Shown one piece after another: positions 16,215-26,244 of a stretch of DNA of 58,421 nucleotides. Origin of the DNA: a virus (taxonomy: Duplodnaviria > Caudoviricetes); IMG/VR virus record IMGVR_UViG_3300017963_000308, positions 1 through 58,421 of that record. One strand, 5' to 3'. Under the pieces are notes generated by a model. It saw only the letters and a list, made by a program, of their open reading frames with translations, ran no database searches and was not told the origin of the DNA. The position numbers and the translations under genes were made by a program. Within the stretch, counting starts at the first letter, position 1, and every line of letters begins with the position of its first letter.

Positions 16215-17634
16215 GAGGTATAGAAAGAAGCCCAAACTAAATTTCTTGCAAAGGGCGATATCGCTTGCGCGCCCCGGTCCTAAGCCGGTTGGTAAGCAGA
16301 TCACCTATCGGATTCAGGGTAGCAATTTTCAGGCCGCCGTGATGCGAATGGGTGAGATGCGTAAGGGGCGCATTAGCTTTGATGATATGGAGCTAATGAG
16401 ACATCATCCCATCGTAAAACTGGGATTGATTGTCAGGGCGGCTCCGGTGTTGGCCGCGCTCAAGCAAGCCCGGGTTGAGTGTGAGGATCGTAACATTGCC
16501 GAATTCGTTAAAGCGGTTTTTGTCAAAGAATGGCTCCATAAGGTAGGCAACACATCAATTGTGCCAAGCTATATCTATGGCGTGGCACCCCACGAAAAGG
16601 TATGGGAAACCAAGCCGGTAAAGGTGAATTATACTGATGAAGAGGGGATTGAAAAAACCGCTTACAATGGCGATGCTTCGGTTTACAAGAAGATCAAGTT
16701 TGTTCATCCGAAAACAGTCGAAAAAATGCACATTGACGAAGAGGATGATTTTGCCGGATTTGAACAGTTTAAGCGTCCAGGGGATAAACAAGATCGACTT
16801 GTCGAGCCGTGGAAAGCGTTTATGCTGGTCAATAAATATTTATATTCCGGATTATGGGGAGAGCCGGAAACAGATGATATTTACGCATACTGGTATTACT
16901 CCGAGTTGTTAGAGGCTCTTCGGGTCGACTATCTACGTTTCCGTACTATCCCTCCCATCGTGGGCCATGCCCCGGTTGGGGTGACCGAAAACACGGATGG
17001 CGAAGAGGTTGATCAGGTTACTTATGCTGGCGAAATCCTGAAATCTGCTCTCGAAAATTTGATCGTTGTTTTCCCATATGAGGTTGATGAACGCGGTAAC
17101 CAAAAATGGGGCTTCCGGGAAATGGAGTTTGGCAATCGGGGCCAAGAGATTTTCACTCGCGCAATTGAAGAGTTGCACGTTATGATCCTAAGAGGGCTAA
17201 TTGTGCCTGAGCGCACCGTCACTCAGAACATGGCCGCCGTGGGATCCTACAATCAGGCGGAAATTCACGCGGAAATGATGCTCGAATTCGCGAAAGGTGA
17301 ATTGGATCGTTTTATCGATGCCTGTAACACGTGGTTGGTACCTCAGTTGGTTGAAGACAATTTTGGGGCCAATGCCCCGCCCTGTAAGATCAAGGTATCG
17401 GCATTTCCGGAAGCTTTGATGGAAAAAATGTATAACATTGTCATCACCCTACTGCAAAATGACAAGACCGGGGTACTCAATACCAGAGTTGCGTTTACTG
17501 AATTGCTGGATATTCTTGATATTCCGTGGCAAGAGGGAATCGCTTTCCCAGAACCAGGGGGAGAGATAGGTGGCGACGGCCAGGATGATAGCGATAATGA
17601 TGATAACGGCGGGGATGACGACGAAGAAGATTAA
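16201..17634 (+). CDS. Portal protein (Mu gp29/DUF935-like)
   Basis: Follows TerL; YG....EKVW, RF..P..VG, GSYNQAE.H, LV..NFG. Confidence 0.9.
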   Translation: MTMPKRYRKKPKLNFLQRAISLARPGPKPVGKQITYRIQGSNFQAAVMRMGEMRKGRISFDDMELMRHHPIVKLGLIVRAAPVLAALKQARVECEDRNIAEFVKAVFVKEWLHKVGNTSIVPSYIYGVAPHEKVWETKPVKVNYTDEEGIEKTAYNGDASVYKKIKFVHPKTVEKMHIDEEDDFAGFEQFKRPGDKQDRLVEPWKAFMLVNKYLYSGLWGEPETDDIYAYWYYSELLEALRVDYLRFRTIPPIVGHAPVGVTENTDGEEVDQVTYAGEILKSALENLIVVFPYEVDERGNQKWGFREMEFGNRGQEIFTRAIEELHVMILRGLIVPERTVTQNMAAVGSYNQAEIHAEMMLEFAKGELDRFIDACNTWLVPQLVEDNFGANAPPCKIKVSAFPEALMEKMYNIVITLLQNDKTGVLNTRVAFTELLDILDIPWQEGIAFPEPGGEIGGDGQDDSDNDDNGGDDDEED

Positions 17635-17645
17635 GAGTGTTAAGG

Positions 17646-17674
17646 TTGACACGTGTAAAGGTTTCTGTTATAAT
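17646..17674 (+). promoter_or_regulatory. Consensus sigma70 promoter at the start of the inserted block
   Basis: TTGACA-17 bp-TATAAT with extended TG. Confidence 0.85.
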
Positions 17675-17694
17675 CCTTGTTATGGAAAGAACAA

Positions 17695-17952
17695 ATGAGC
17701 TATAATTGGGATGGGCCATTCGATCCTGTTGGAGATCTGCAAAAAATGCAACAAGAAGTTGCGGAAGATAAAATGGTTGATTGGGGTTATTTACCCGTTT
17801 TTTACGAAACCATTAGAGCGATGTGCTTAATAAATGTACCTATGCCTGTTATAATTAGCGAAGCCAAGGGAATTAGTTACCAGATTGCTAAGACTCATGC
17901 TGAAATTACCAGAAAACAGATTGAGGATTATTTGAATGGTCTGGATTTGTAA
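17695..17952 (+). CDS. Hypothetical protein
   Basis: First in-frame ATG after the promoter. Confidence 0.65.
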   Translation: MSYNWDGPFDPVGDLQKMQQEVAEDKMVDWGYLPVFYETIRAMCLINVPMPVIISEAKGISYQIAKTHAEITRKQIEDYLNGLDL

Positions 17953-18184
17953 ATCCTGCGGGCACGAAAACAACCGACCTGGGAATATGTACAATGTTCG
18001 TTGCGATGAGTGCAACAGATATTGGGAAGGTAACGCAACTTGGGTACAGGGGGCCGTAGCGAGTGATGGGAGTGAGATGATTCCTATTGCCACTGGCAAA
18101 CCGCTAGAACATCCTAAGCCGGATTTGTGGAAGATGACTAAAGAGGCGATTGGGGCATTAATTGACCGAACAAACTTTACATGA
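17936..18184 (+). CDS. Zn-ribbon protein
   Basis: WICKSCG..N...RCDEC. Confidence 0.7.
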   Translation: MVWICKSCGHENNRPGNMYNVRCDECNRYWEGNATWVQGAVASDGSEMIPIATGKPLEHPKPDLWKMTKEAIGALIDRTNFT

Positions 18185-18662
18185 GAACTTTGCGGAATAT
18201 TTGATAGCTCAATACCCCCGGGCGGTATTTCGGTCGGATCTGGGGGGCTATACCAAACGACAAACCGCAGTTCAAAAATCTCCTGGGTATCCAGATGTGA
18301 CCATATTGGTACCGGTACCCCCTTATCATGCATGCCTCATAGAATTAAAAGACGGCTTAGGTAAATTATTCAATCAGGATGGAAGCGTAGCCAAAAAACG
18401 ACGACAAGCCCATACTCAGCAGGCAGCCACGTTATGGTATTTATTCCGGCATAATTATTTTTGTGATTTCGCAACATCTTTCGAAGAGGCCAGAAGGATA
18501 GCTGATTCATATTTAGATCCAGAAGCGGTAAACTGGCGGCCAAGTTACGCCACTAAGCTTCTGGATTATATGTTTACTGAGCTAACACATGAGTTGTTTG
18601 ACCATATAAAACATCCTTATGTATACGCTTATTGGGAGTTTAGGCATGGCCGTCCTTTTTAG
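18162..18662 (+). CDS. VRR-NUC-like PD-(D/E)xK nuclease
   Basis: E..LH, GYPD and LIELK motifs, downstream Q. Confidence 0.8.
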   Translation: MTEQTLHENFAEYLIAQYPRAVFRSDLGGYTKRQTAVQKSPGYPDVTILVPVPPYHACLIELKDGLGKLFNQDGSVAKKRRQAHTQQAATLWYLFRHNYFCDFATSFEEARRIADSYLDPEAVNWRPSYATKLLDYMFTELTHELFDHIKHPYVYAYWEFRHGRPF

Positions 18663-18900
18663 AAAAATGATAGTTCCCCTGGAAGAAGGGGATGAAGCAT
18701 TACAGGATAACGATGGGCGTATATTGTTATTTATCAAAGAGGCTGATTTTGTAGCAACTGCGGCTTTCTTGGGCTACCCAAAGGCAAATCAAGAATATGC
18801 TTGGTTCCCGTTTGATGATGTAGAGAATGGGCCACAGATTAATCAAGTGCAGACCTATGTAGAGAAAGCGAAAAAGGATGAAAAAGTTACAAGCGAATAG
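18646..18900 (+). CDS. Hypothetical protein
   Basis: GGGAG RBS, overlapping neighbours. Confidence 0.7.
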   Translation: MAVLFRKMIVPLEEGDEALQDNDGRILLFIKEADFVATAAFLGYPKANQEYAWFPFDDVENGPQINQVQTYVEKAKKDEKVTSE

Positions 18901-19150
18901 GCGTGGGGGAAGATTAACCTATGTTGATTACGAAAAACGTTATAATTGGTTGGTAGAATTTTTCCAGGAAAATGAAGGGCGCGCTCCATCATATGATGAG
19001 GTTAGCGAAGGATGGGGTGTGTCTAAAACTTCAGTTGCAGCTACATTAAAGCGATTTGAAATGAAGGGATGGATTACTTTAGCCCGGAATGACAACGGCC
19101 ATGTTATCCCCGGTTCGATGAGATTAAAGAAAGGTGTTGTTGATGGTTAG
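18878..19150 (+). CDS. LexA-like winged-helix DNA-binding protein (no protease domain)
   Basis: FF.ENEG.APSY.EV...WGVSK.SV...L...E.KGWI. Confidence 0.8.
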   Translation: MKKLQANRRGGRLTYVDYEKRYNWLVEFFQENEGRAPSYDEVSEGWGVSKTSVAATLKRFEMKGWITLARNDNGHVIPGSMRLKKGVVDG

Positions 19151-19427
19151 CATTCTTGATATCTATGACGAATTACCGGAAGACGAAAAGGAGATTATAA
19201 CGGAACATGTTTTATTTCTTATTAGGGAAAACAAGGAATCCAAAACGGCTATAAAAAGTATTCCAGAGGGTTTTAGGAAGTATTTTAGCCTTGAATTTGG
19301 GTTGGGGATTGGTAATAAAGAGGGTCAATTTATCGGCCTTGCTTGCAAATCTTGTAATGCTTTTCACCCAAGACATAGCGAAGATTGTCCAACACAGGAG
19401 TTGATGAATGCAATACCCCAAAGTTAG
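19143..19427 (+). CDS. Hypothetical protein with C-terminal Cys/His motif
   Basis: CKSC...H..DCP. Confidence 0.7.
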   Translation: MVSILDIYDELPEDEKEIITEHVLFLIRENKESKTAIKSIPEGFRKYFSLEFGLGIGNKEGQFIGLACKSCNAFHPRHSEDCPTQELMNAIPQS

Positions 19428-20145
19428 CGTAGTTGTCACCACGTACAATCGTCCCAAGTCCTTGCAAGCTATGTTGGAGCATCTTAGAGCGCAACAGCAT
19501 ATCAACTGGGATGATTTGGAAGTCATCATTATGGATGACGGAAGCGTAACAGATCCCATTAAATTTCATTCCCCCGAATTATGGCCGTTTGAAATTGTTT
19601 ACGAATATCATCAGCGCGGCGAAGGGCCACAGCTTTATAGTCTCAAAAACCGGGCTGTTGACATAGCGAAAAACCCTGTTATTTGGATGTTGGATGACGA
19701 TCTGATCTTTGATCGGCATACATTGATTATTCTTAGAACTATTCACGCGTTACTTGAAGACATTCGTCCTGTAGTACTTCCGCATTATAGCGATGCGGCG
19801 GAGCCTCATCATTTCCAAAATCCTTTTCCCCTGGACGTTAGCCCGGAAGAAAAAACCCATTGGGTATCTTTTGCCGGATTGTCGTTGTGGAAAAAGGATT
19901 TTTTGAAAGTCGGCGGCATTGACGAAAATTACGATGGGGCAATGGGGTTTGCCGATTTGGATTTGGGGATCCGGCTTCACAAGGATGGATGTTGTAATAT
20001 CATGGTTGATGGGGTGACCTGTCATATTGACGATGCTGAAACCGGCTCTTGGCGTCATCAGTTTTTGGAAAACCACCAAAACGGCAAGTATTTTCTGAAT
20101 AAGTGGGGATTGGAAGAGGCGGCCAAGTACGACATAACTCCATGA
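19408..20145 (+). CDS. Glycosyltransferase family 2
   Basis: VSVVVTTYNR, DDGS.D, LDDD, VGG.DE, D.DL..R. Confidence 0.93.
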   Translation: MQYPKVSVVVTTYNRPKSLQAMLEHLRAQQHINWDDLEVIIMDDGSVTDPIKFHSPELWPFEIVYEYHQRGEGPQLYSLKNRAVDIAKNPVIWMLDDDLIFDRHTLIILRTIHALLEDIRPVVLPHYSDAAEPHHFQNPFPLDVSPEEKTHWVSFAGLSLWKKDFLKVGGIDENYDGAMGFADLDLGIRLHKDGCCNIMVDGVTCHIDDAETGSWRHQFLENHQNGKYFLNKWGLEEAAKYDITP

Positions 20146-20783
20146 TCGTAGTTTGTCACGTTCCTAAATCGGCTGGAAATAGCTTTAAGAGGGCGTTGCG
20201 GAAAATTATGGGTGATAAGGTATTATCGATTTCCGCCGCCGCTTATGCCATGATAGATCCGGCGACTAAGGCTCTCGAAGATAGGCATTTAAGAAATTAT
20301 GAAGTTATTTTCGGCCATCTTCTCCCCGCTCCATATCTCCCGTTAAAAGGAAAGTACAATATTACTTTCATAACGTGGATGCGGGATCCGGTTGACCGGG
20401 TTATTTCGCATTACAACTTTCTGGGATTAGTGTACAATAACTCAGGCTCGCTACAACAACAGGTGGTAGATGAAGAGTGGAGTTTGATGGAGTTCGCTTT
20501 GCATCCCAGAATTCGCAATCTATATAGCCGGTATTACGAAGGGTTTGGGCTGGAAAGGTTTGATTTTGTTGGAATCTTGGAGCACTATCGGGAAGATCTT
20601 GATTGGCTTTCCAAGAACTTCTTTAATGGCGAATTGGGTTATGGGGGGAATTTGGAGCACTATCATACCCTAAAAAACCCAAGCGACTCTATCGGTACCG
20701 TTGAGCGAAGTAAGATTCGTGACTATCATAGTAGGGATATGCGATTATATGAAAAGGCATTAAGGTTGAGAGATGGTCGGTAA
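20142..20783 (+). CDS. Sulfotransferase (Sulfotransfer_2-like)
   Basis: HVPKSAGNS (5'-PSB) and RDPVDRVISHY (3'-PB) motifs. Confidence 0.9.
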   Translation: MIVVCHVPKSAGNSFKRALRKIMGDKVLSISAAAYAMIDPATKALEDRHLRNYEVIFGHLLPAPYLPLKGKYNITFITWMRDPVDRVISHYNFLGLVYNNSGSLQQQVVDEEWSLMEFALHPRIRNLYSRYYEGFGLERFDFVGILEHYREDLDWLSKNFFNGELGYGGNLEHYHTLKNPSDSIGTVERSKIRDYHSRDMRLYEKALRLRDGR

Positions 20784-21054
20784 ATCTTACTTTCTTAGTC
20801 GGGGCTTGCTTAACTTGGCTATAAAGACAACATTTTCTTTTGTCAATCTCATTATTGCTATCGAAGTTTGCATAGCAGTTAAACAACATGGGCTAATCGG
20901 GATCTTAGGGATGATAGATTGGGTTTTGGTTATGCTTGTGCTTGGTACTGCGGCCGCGTGGTTTCACGTAAGGCAAGTTGAATTAGATAAGGCGCATCAA
21001 TTAATGGGGAGTCCATTGGGGCATGCCAAAAATACCAGAAATGCTAGAAAATGA
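20773..21054 (+). CDS. Small membrane protein
   Basis: Two hydrophobic segments. Confidence 0.65.
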   Translation: MVGKSYFLSRGLLNLAIKTTFSFVNLIIAIEVCIAVKQHGLIGILGMIDWVLVMLVLGTAAAWFHVRQVELDKAHQLMGSPLGHAKNTRNARK

Positions 21055-21433
21055 GTGGCCGGAGTATCCGGGCGATTCTGAAATCAAAATACCGCCCTAT
21101 GTAAGCCAAATTGAAAGAATTCTGGGTTTAACTTCATACGATATTTACCAGACAGCTTACGAAAAAGGATGGTGGGATGAGCCGCGCTCGTTTGGTGATA
21201 TTATCGCCTTAATTCATTCTGAATTATCAGAAGCATTAGAGGCTTTCAGGAAACATAATCCCCCTAGCGAGAAGATTCCTGGTTTTACTCAAATTGAAGA
21301 AGAATTGGCTGATGCTGTTATCAGGATTTTGGATGCTAGTGCAAAGCATGGGTGGGGGGTACCGGGGGCAATTGTAGCTAAAATGGAATACAACAAAACT
21401 CGCCCGCATAGGCATGGGGGTAAGGCATTATAA
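21023..21433 (+). CDS. MazG-like NTP pyrophosphohydrolase
   Basis: LIHSELSEALEA, EEELAD..IR..D, KM.YN..R...HG. Confidence 0.9.
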   Translation: MPKIPEMLENEWPEYPGDSEIKIPPYVSQIERILGLTSYDIYQTAYEKGWWDEPRSFGDIIALIHSELSEALEAFRKHNPPSEKIPGFTQIEEELADAVIRILDASAKHGWGVPGAIVAKMEYNKTRPHRHGGKAL

Positions 21434-22203
21434 TGACAGGAAAAGTTGTTGCGGTTGTGGCCGACTGGGGAGATGGTTTTGCTCAATTACATGCCTCAAA
21501 AATATCGGATTTTTGCGGCATAGAAGCGATTGCCGTTCGCGGATATGATCATGAGCCTGTTGTCCTCAACAGGATGATTGAAGAGGCCGATGGGGATTAT
21601 GTATGGTTTACGGATATAGATGATACAATCATCTACCCTGATACGGCGCATGTGTTGGCTACATTTTTGGACAGATACCCTCAAGTTGGTATAGCCTGCC
21701 CCCATCGCTCAAGTGAACCGCGGGGAGCTAACCAACCTTACGTGTGGTACCTGGAAGACAATACCTGTGCAATGTATCGCAAATCAGTCGGGGCTAAGTT
21801 TGATCCCGACTTTATTTTTACCGGTTGGAATGATCTGGATTTCGGAGAAGAGGTTAAGCATCTGGGTTTTCAGGTGGTGAAGTACGGGTTAATCAGTGTC
21901 CAGAAGAGCCATACGCCTTATGGCGATTGGAGTAATTTTAGATCGGCCTACAATGCCCGGAATCGATTGCTACTTGAAGCAAAATGGTATTGGGTTGGTC
22001 GCGCCAAGTGGCAAGGTGTTGATCATTATAACGAGTTGCAGGCAGAGCATGGTAAGGAAATTCCAACCATGTTTGAATTAGCATGGTGGTCGGAAGACAA
22101 ACTTAATCGGTTTGCAGCCAGTATTGATATGGAACACCCTCAGATTTACGAATTGGCCGATAAAGGGCCGGGGAATGAAGAATGGAGCATCAACAATATT
22201 TAG
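21433..22203 (+). CDS. Glycosyltransferase family 2-like
   Basis: N..I....GDYV.F.D.D, P.VG..CP, D.DF, RNR. Confidence 0.75.
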   Translation: MTGKVVAVVADWGDGFAQLHASKISDFCGIEAIAVRGYDHEPVVLNRMIEEADGDYVWFTDIDDTIIYPDTAHVLATFLDRYPQVGIACPHRSSEPRGANQPYVWYLEDNTCAMYRKSVGAKFDPDFIFTGWNDLDFGEEVKHLGFQVVKYGLISVQKSHTPYGDWSNFRSAYNARNRLLLEAKWYWVGRAKWQGVDHYNELQAEHGKEIPTMFELAWWSEDKLNRFAASIDMEHPQIYELADKGPGNEEWSINNI

Positions 22204-22781
22204 TCAATTGGGCGATTGAGGTTCAAAGAACAGAATCTTCATTTGTAAAGAACAGTCTGGGTTGGCTGATTTATGGCTACGTAAGAGCCTACAAGCCTCA
22301 ACGTTGTGTGGAGTTCGGGGTACTTCATGGCTATTCTACCTTGTTTATTGGCGGAGCACTCAGAGATAACGACCTGCCTGCAATGCTAGAATCTTTTGAT
22401 CGATGGCCGGGGCATTTGCCGGGTTTGAGGGATCAGGTTGCGGCCAGGATTGAAGCGTGTGGTATGAATGATCTGATTACGCTTACCACATTGGATGTAC
22501 TTATCAACCCCCCAGATTTGGATGATATTGATTTTTTAATGGTTGACCTAAATAATACGGCGGAAACCCTTGAATGGATCATGAATAGATTTGCTCCAAA
22601 AATGAGCGAAAAGGGATTTATGATTTTCGAAGGGGGATCGGAAGAGCGGGATCATGAGGTTTGGATTGAGCAAAACCGGCTTACTCCCATCAAAGAAGCA
22701 TTTCAAAACTGGGTTTGGGATAATTGGCAATTTCATGTAATAGAGCCGTGGCCTAGTATGACCGTGATAACCAGGAGATAA
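22182..22781 (+). CDS. Class I SAM methyltransferase (Methyltransf_24-like)
   Basis: VEFGV.HGYST, IDF..VD. Confidence 0.85.
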   Translation: MEHQQYLVNWAIEVQRTESSFVKNSLGWLIYGYVRAYKPQRCVEFGVLHGYSTLFIGGALRDNDLPAMLESFDRWPGHLPGLRDQVAARIEACGMNDLITLTTLDVLINPPDLDDIDFLMVDLNNTAETLEWIMNRFAPKMSEKGFMIFEGGSEERDHEVWIEQNRLTPIKEAFQNWVWDNWQFHVIEPWPSMTVITRR

Positions 22782-22786
22782 AAGAC

Positions 22787-23911
22787 ATGATCAAGTCGCG
22801 GCAAGTTCCGCTATTTAAGCCATATGTCAATCAAAAGGCGATAGCCAATGCTATAAAAGTGCTTCAATCGGGCTGGATTGGGGAAGGGCCAGTTTCAGAA
22901 GAGTTTGAAAGGAAAGTTGGAGATGTGTTAGGGGTCAGTTACCCGGTTTTAACAAACTCCGGTACCGCGGCCTTGCATTTGGCATTAATCTTGGCTGGAG
23001 TACATCCCGGCGATGAAGTGATTACTACGGCGATGACATGTACCGCAACCAATCACCCCATTTTGATGTGTGGGGCTACTCCGATTTTCGCAGATATCGA
23101 TTATCAAACCGGCAATGTGGATCCGGCTGATATCGAGAGGCGAATAACTGAGCAAACCAAAGCTATTCTGGTTACCCATTGGGGCGGATATCCCTGTGAT
23201 ATGGAATCCATAAATCAAATTGGACCTAAACTGGACAAACATATTGCGATTATCCAGGATGGGGCGCATGCTCAGGGAGCTTATCTTAATGGCTATCCTA
23301 TAGCTAGATGGTCTGATTTTTTTATGACCAGTTTTCAGGCCATTAAAACTGTCACTATGGTTGACGGCGGTTTGCTTGGTTGCAGGTTTCCGGGTGATGC
23401 GGAAGAGGCCAAGCGGTTGCGTTGGTTTGCCATTGATCGCCAGCATCGGGAGCTTGCCCCAGATGGATACTACAATCATCGTGATATAGACAGGGTTGGA
23501 TACAAATACCAACCTAACGATGTGGCGGCCGCGATTGGTTTGGGGAACTTGGAAGATTTTGTAGAACTTGTAAAACAACGCCAACGAATCGCCAAGATGT
23601 ATGAAAACAAGTTAAGAGGCGTGTCGGGGGTAACCCCGTTTAAGAATGATCCCGGTTACGATAGTGCATATTGGTTGTTTTCCATCCACGTAGAAAACAG
23701 AGATGATTTTATTGCCGCCATGAAAGATCGTGGGGTAGGGGCGGGGGTTGTCCATCGTCGCAATGATGTCTATGGGGTTTTTGGTGGTCGCCGTAGTGAC
23801 TTGCCGAATTTAGACCGTTATGAAAAAACTTATGTTAGTATCCCTATCCATAATATGATGACCTATGAAGATGCCGGATACGTTATCGAGTGCATCAAAA
23901 GAGGTTGGTAA
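22787..23911 (+). CDS. DegT/DnrJ/EryC1/StrS PLP-dependent sugar aminotransferase
   Basis: NSGTAALHLAL, GDEVIT, D.AHA.G, SF...K....DGG. Confidence 0.96.
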   Translation: MIKSRQVPLFKPYVNQKAIANAIKVLQSGWIGEGPVSEEFERKVGDVLGVSYPVLTNSGTAALHLALILAGVHPGDEVITTAMTCTATNHPILMCGATPIFADIDYQTGNVDPADIERRITEQTKAILVTHWGGYPCDMESINQIGPKLDKHIAIIQDGAHAQGAYLNGYPIARWSDFFMTSFQAIKTVTMVDGGLLGCRFPGDAEEAKRLRWFAIDRQHRELAPDGYYNHRDIDRVGYKYQPNDVAAAIGLGNLEDFVELVKQRQRIAKMYENKLRGVSGVTPFKNDPGYDSAYWLFSIHVENRDDFIAAMKDRGVGAGVVHRRNDVYGVFGGRRSDLPNLDRYEKTYVSIPIHNMMTYEDAGYVIECIKRGW

Positions 23912-24678
23912 TGAGTCAAAACTTAGTTAACCATTATCTTAACTTGGTTATGGCTTGTTTGTGTGATTACGTCTATCCCGATCCAGATGAGATGCAAATT
24001 AGAACAGAACAGGATAAATGGTTTGGGAGATATCACCCTCGCAAAGCGCATGCCATGACTGGCATGGCAAGGTTGCATAACGTAGTAAAACTATCCCAAC
24101 GAATTTTTGATGCCGATGTTCCCGGTGATTTTATGGAGTGTGGAGTTTGGCGGGGCGGAGCATCTATACTTATGAAAGCCTGTTTGGTGGCCGCCGATTG
24201 CAGGAATAGAAACTTGTGGGTAGCTGATTCTTTTGATGGTTTGCCGGAGCCGAATTTGGAAAAGTGGCCTAAAGATCGCTTCAAAATCAAAATCTGGGAA
24301 GACCCTAAGCTTTCTGTTTCTTTATCAGAGGTACAAGAAAATTTCAAGAAATATGGGCTATTAGATTCGTCGGTTAAATTTCTTGAGGGTTGGTTTGAAG
24401 ATACTATCCCCTCGGCTCCGGTAGAGCAGCTTGCCTTGTTACGGCTAGATGGGGATATGTACGGCTCTACCTGGGTTTGTTTAGAGCATTTATATCCCAA
24501 ATTGGCCGTGGGGGGGTATATCATAATTGATGATTATTATGCTTTACGACAAGCAACACAGGCAACCGATGATTATCGCAAAAAGCATAAAATCGAAACA
24601 GGGTTAACGTCCTGTGAAGAAAATGCCCCAGATGGAAAAGGTTGGGGTGTTTTTTGGAGAAAAGAAGATGACGTTTAA
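23911..24678 (+). CDS. TylF/MycF/NovP sugar O-methyltransferase
   Basis: GDFMECGVWRGG, ADSF.GLP, GWF.DT, LRLDGDMY.ST, IIDDY. Confidence 0.95.
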   Translation: MSQNLVNHYLNLVMACLCDYVYPDPDEMQIRTEQDKWFGRYHPRKAHAMTGMARLHNVVKLSQRIFDADVPGDFMECGVWRGGASILMKACLVAADCRNRNLWVADSFDGLPEPNLEKWPKDRFKIKIWEDPKLSVSLSEVQENFKKYGLLDSSVKFLEGWFEDTIPSAPVEQLALLRLDGDMYGSTWVCLEHLYPKLAVGGYIIIDDYYALRQATQATDDYRKKHKIETGLTSCEENAPDGKGWGVFWRKEDDV

Positions 24679-24925
24679 AACAAGCAAGTTAATTAACGAA
24701 TCCGTATCCTCTGATCACGCAGGGATGCCATTGTGTCCAGGACAAGGTTTGGAGCATGATTGGGTTGATATGGAGATAACCAATTCCACAGATGCCCCCT
24801 TTGGATCCGGATATAAATTTCGCACATGGACAAGAGAAGTTTGTCGGAATTGTAAAGCCATCAGGCGACAGGTTTGGGATAATGATGGTTATGGGGGTCA
24901 GGGTATCCCCACGGTGCAATTGTGA
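24668..24925 (+). CDS. Small Cys/His protein
   Basis: C...H.W...CRNC. Confidence 0.6.
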   Translation: MTFKTSKLINESVSSDHAGMPLCPGQGLEHDWVDMEITNSTDAPFGSGYKFRTWTREVCRNCKAIRRQVWDNDGYGGQGIPTVQL

Positions 24926-25866
24926 GAAACAAGTTTTTCCCGTTTGCCTATGATACAGTTGTGGCGGTAGTTTCCGATTTGCACGCCGGGGGAACAACTG
25001 CTCTATGCCCGCCCGCGGTAACGATGAATGAGGGCGGTACTTATCGACAAAGCAAGTTGCAAGGTTGGCTATGGGTTAATTATCTTGCTTACTGGGACAT
25101 GATAGACGAATTGTTAGCTGCTCCAGAAACGCAACCGCGATTTATTATGGTGCTGTTGGGTGATCTGATTGAAGGGTTGCATCACAAGCGGACTCAGCTA
25201 TGGACTACTAATCTTAACACTCAGGGAAAAGCGGCGGAAGAGGCGTTGCAAGAAGGATACAAGAGGAATCCAGATCACATGTTTTTCGTGAGAGGGACGG
25301 CGACTCACGTGGGGGATGAAGGATTAATGGAAGAGGCTATCGCCCAAAATTTCGGGGCCGTGGGGCCAAGGGAAGGAGTGTATTCGTGGTACCACTTGCA
25401 GTTAGATATTAACAGCATAATATCTGATTATTTGCATCACGGGAGTGGATCTGGGAGAGAATGGACCAAAGCGAATCCGGTTAACAACCAAGCTGCGGAT
25501 CTGGGGTTGAATTACTTCGAGAGGGGAGAAAAGCCGCCAGATGTCGCTTTTCGCGCTCATGTGCATCAAAAAGGCGATAGCTACGATAACTTCAAAATAC
25601 GCGTTATATCATTACCATCTTGGCAATTAAGTACGGAATTCGGCCACAAGATAGGCCGGGGTAAGCAGTTGCCAATTGGCAGCGTTGCGTTATTAATAGG
25701 CGATAGCATCTATGACGTAGAATCGTATTACAGATGGTCGCCGGGAGTCGAACCTTGGAAGATAGAGTCGAAAGATACGAGCGGCAACATGGGATTGATG
25801 GTCAAGAAATTCTCCGGCTTCTGGAAGAAGCAAAGAGAGAATCCCCCGAATCGCCAGGGGGAATGA
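24922..25866 (+). CDS. Calcineurin-like metallophosphoesterase
   Basis: SDLH.G, GD..EG, RGT..H, HHG, AHVH. Confidence 0.85.
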   Translation: MRNKFFPFAYDTVVAVVSDLHAGGTTALCPPAVTMNEGGTYRQSKLQGWLWVNYLAYWDMIDELLAAPETQPRFIMVLLGDLIEGLHHKRTQLWTTNLNTQGKAAEEALQEGYKRNPDHMFFVRGTATHVGDEGLMEEAIAQNFGAVGPREGVYSWYHLQLDINSIISDYLHHGSGSGREWTKANPVNNQAADLGLNYFERGEKPPDVAFRAHVHQKGDSYDNFKIRVISLPSWQLSTEFGHKIGRGKQLPIGSVALLIGDSIYDVESYYRWSPGVEPWKIESKDTSGNMGLMVKKFSGFWKKQRENPPNRQGE

Positions 25867-26102
25867 CTACTAGCCAAATGCTCAGGGCATTGGGTTGGAA
25901 AAGAAATAGTCACAGGTTTGGAAAATTACGCGAATGGATCAGGGAATTAATAGATGACGGATTAATTGAGCCATGTTCGGTAAGAATAACAACGGTAGGG
26001 GGGGATGAAATGACTACAAGGGGATATCGGCCAACGGGAAAGGGGTTGAATCTTTTAGATGATATCGAAATTGGAGAGGACGGCCAGGGCGATAGTCGGT
26101 GA
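25734..26102 (+). CDS. Putative winged-helix protein
   Basis: MTT..M...LG...LR..IREL...GLIE; start uncertain. Confidence 0.6.
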   Translation: MVAGSRTLEDRVERYERQHGIDGQEILRLLEEAKRESPESPGGMTTSQMLRALGWKRNSHRFGKLREWIRELIDDGLIEPCSVRITTVGGDEMTTRGYRPTGKGLNLLDDIEIGEDGQGDSR

Positions 26103-26244
26103 ACATACTGGTCGCGATACGTCTGCTTGGTCGGTTGCCCGCACAACCGGCCAACCTAAAAAGACTACCCGAATCGAATGCGGCGAGTGGATTTTATATG
26201 TTAACCTAGAAAACGAAAGTATCTATATCGCGAAAAGCCCATGA
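26059..26244 (+). CDS. Hypothetical protein
   Basis: Fills the gap, ATGA coupling to the next gene. Confidence 0.5.
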   Translation: MISKLERTARAIVGEHTGRDTSAWSVARTTGQPKKTTRIECGEWILYVNLENESIYIAKSP

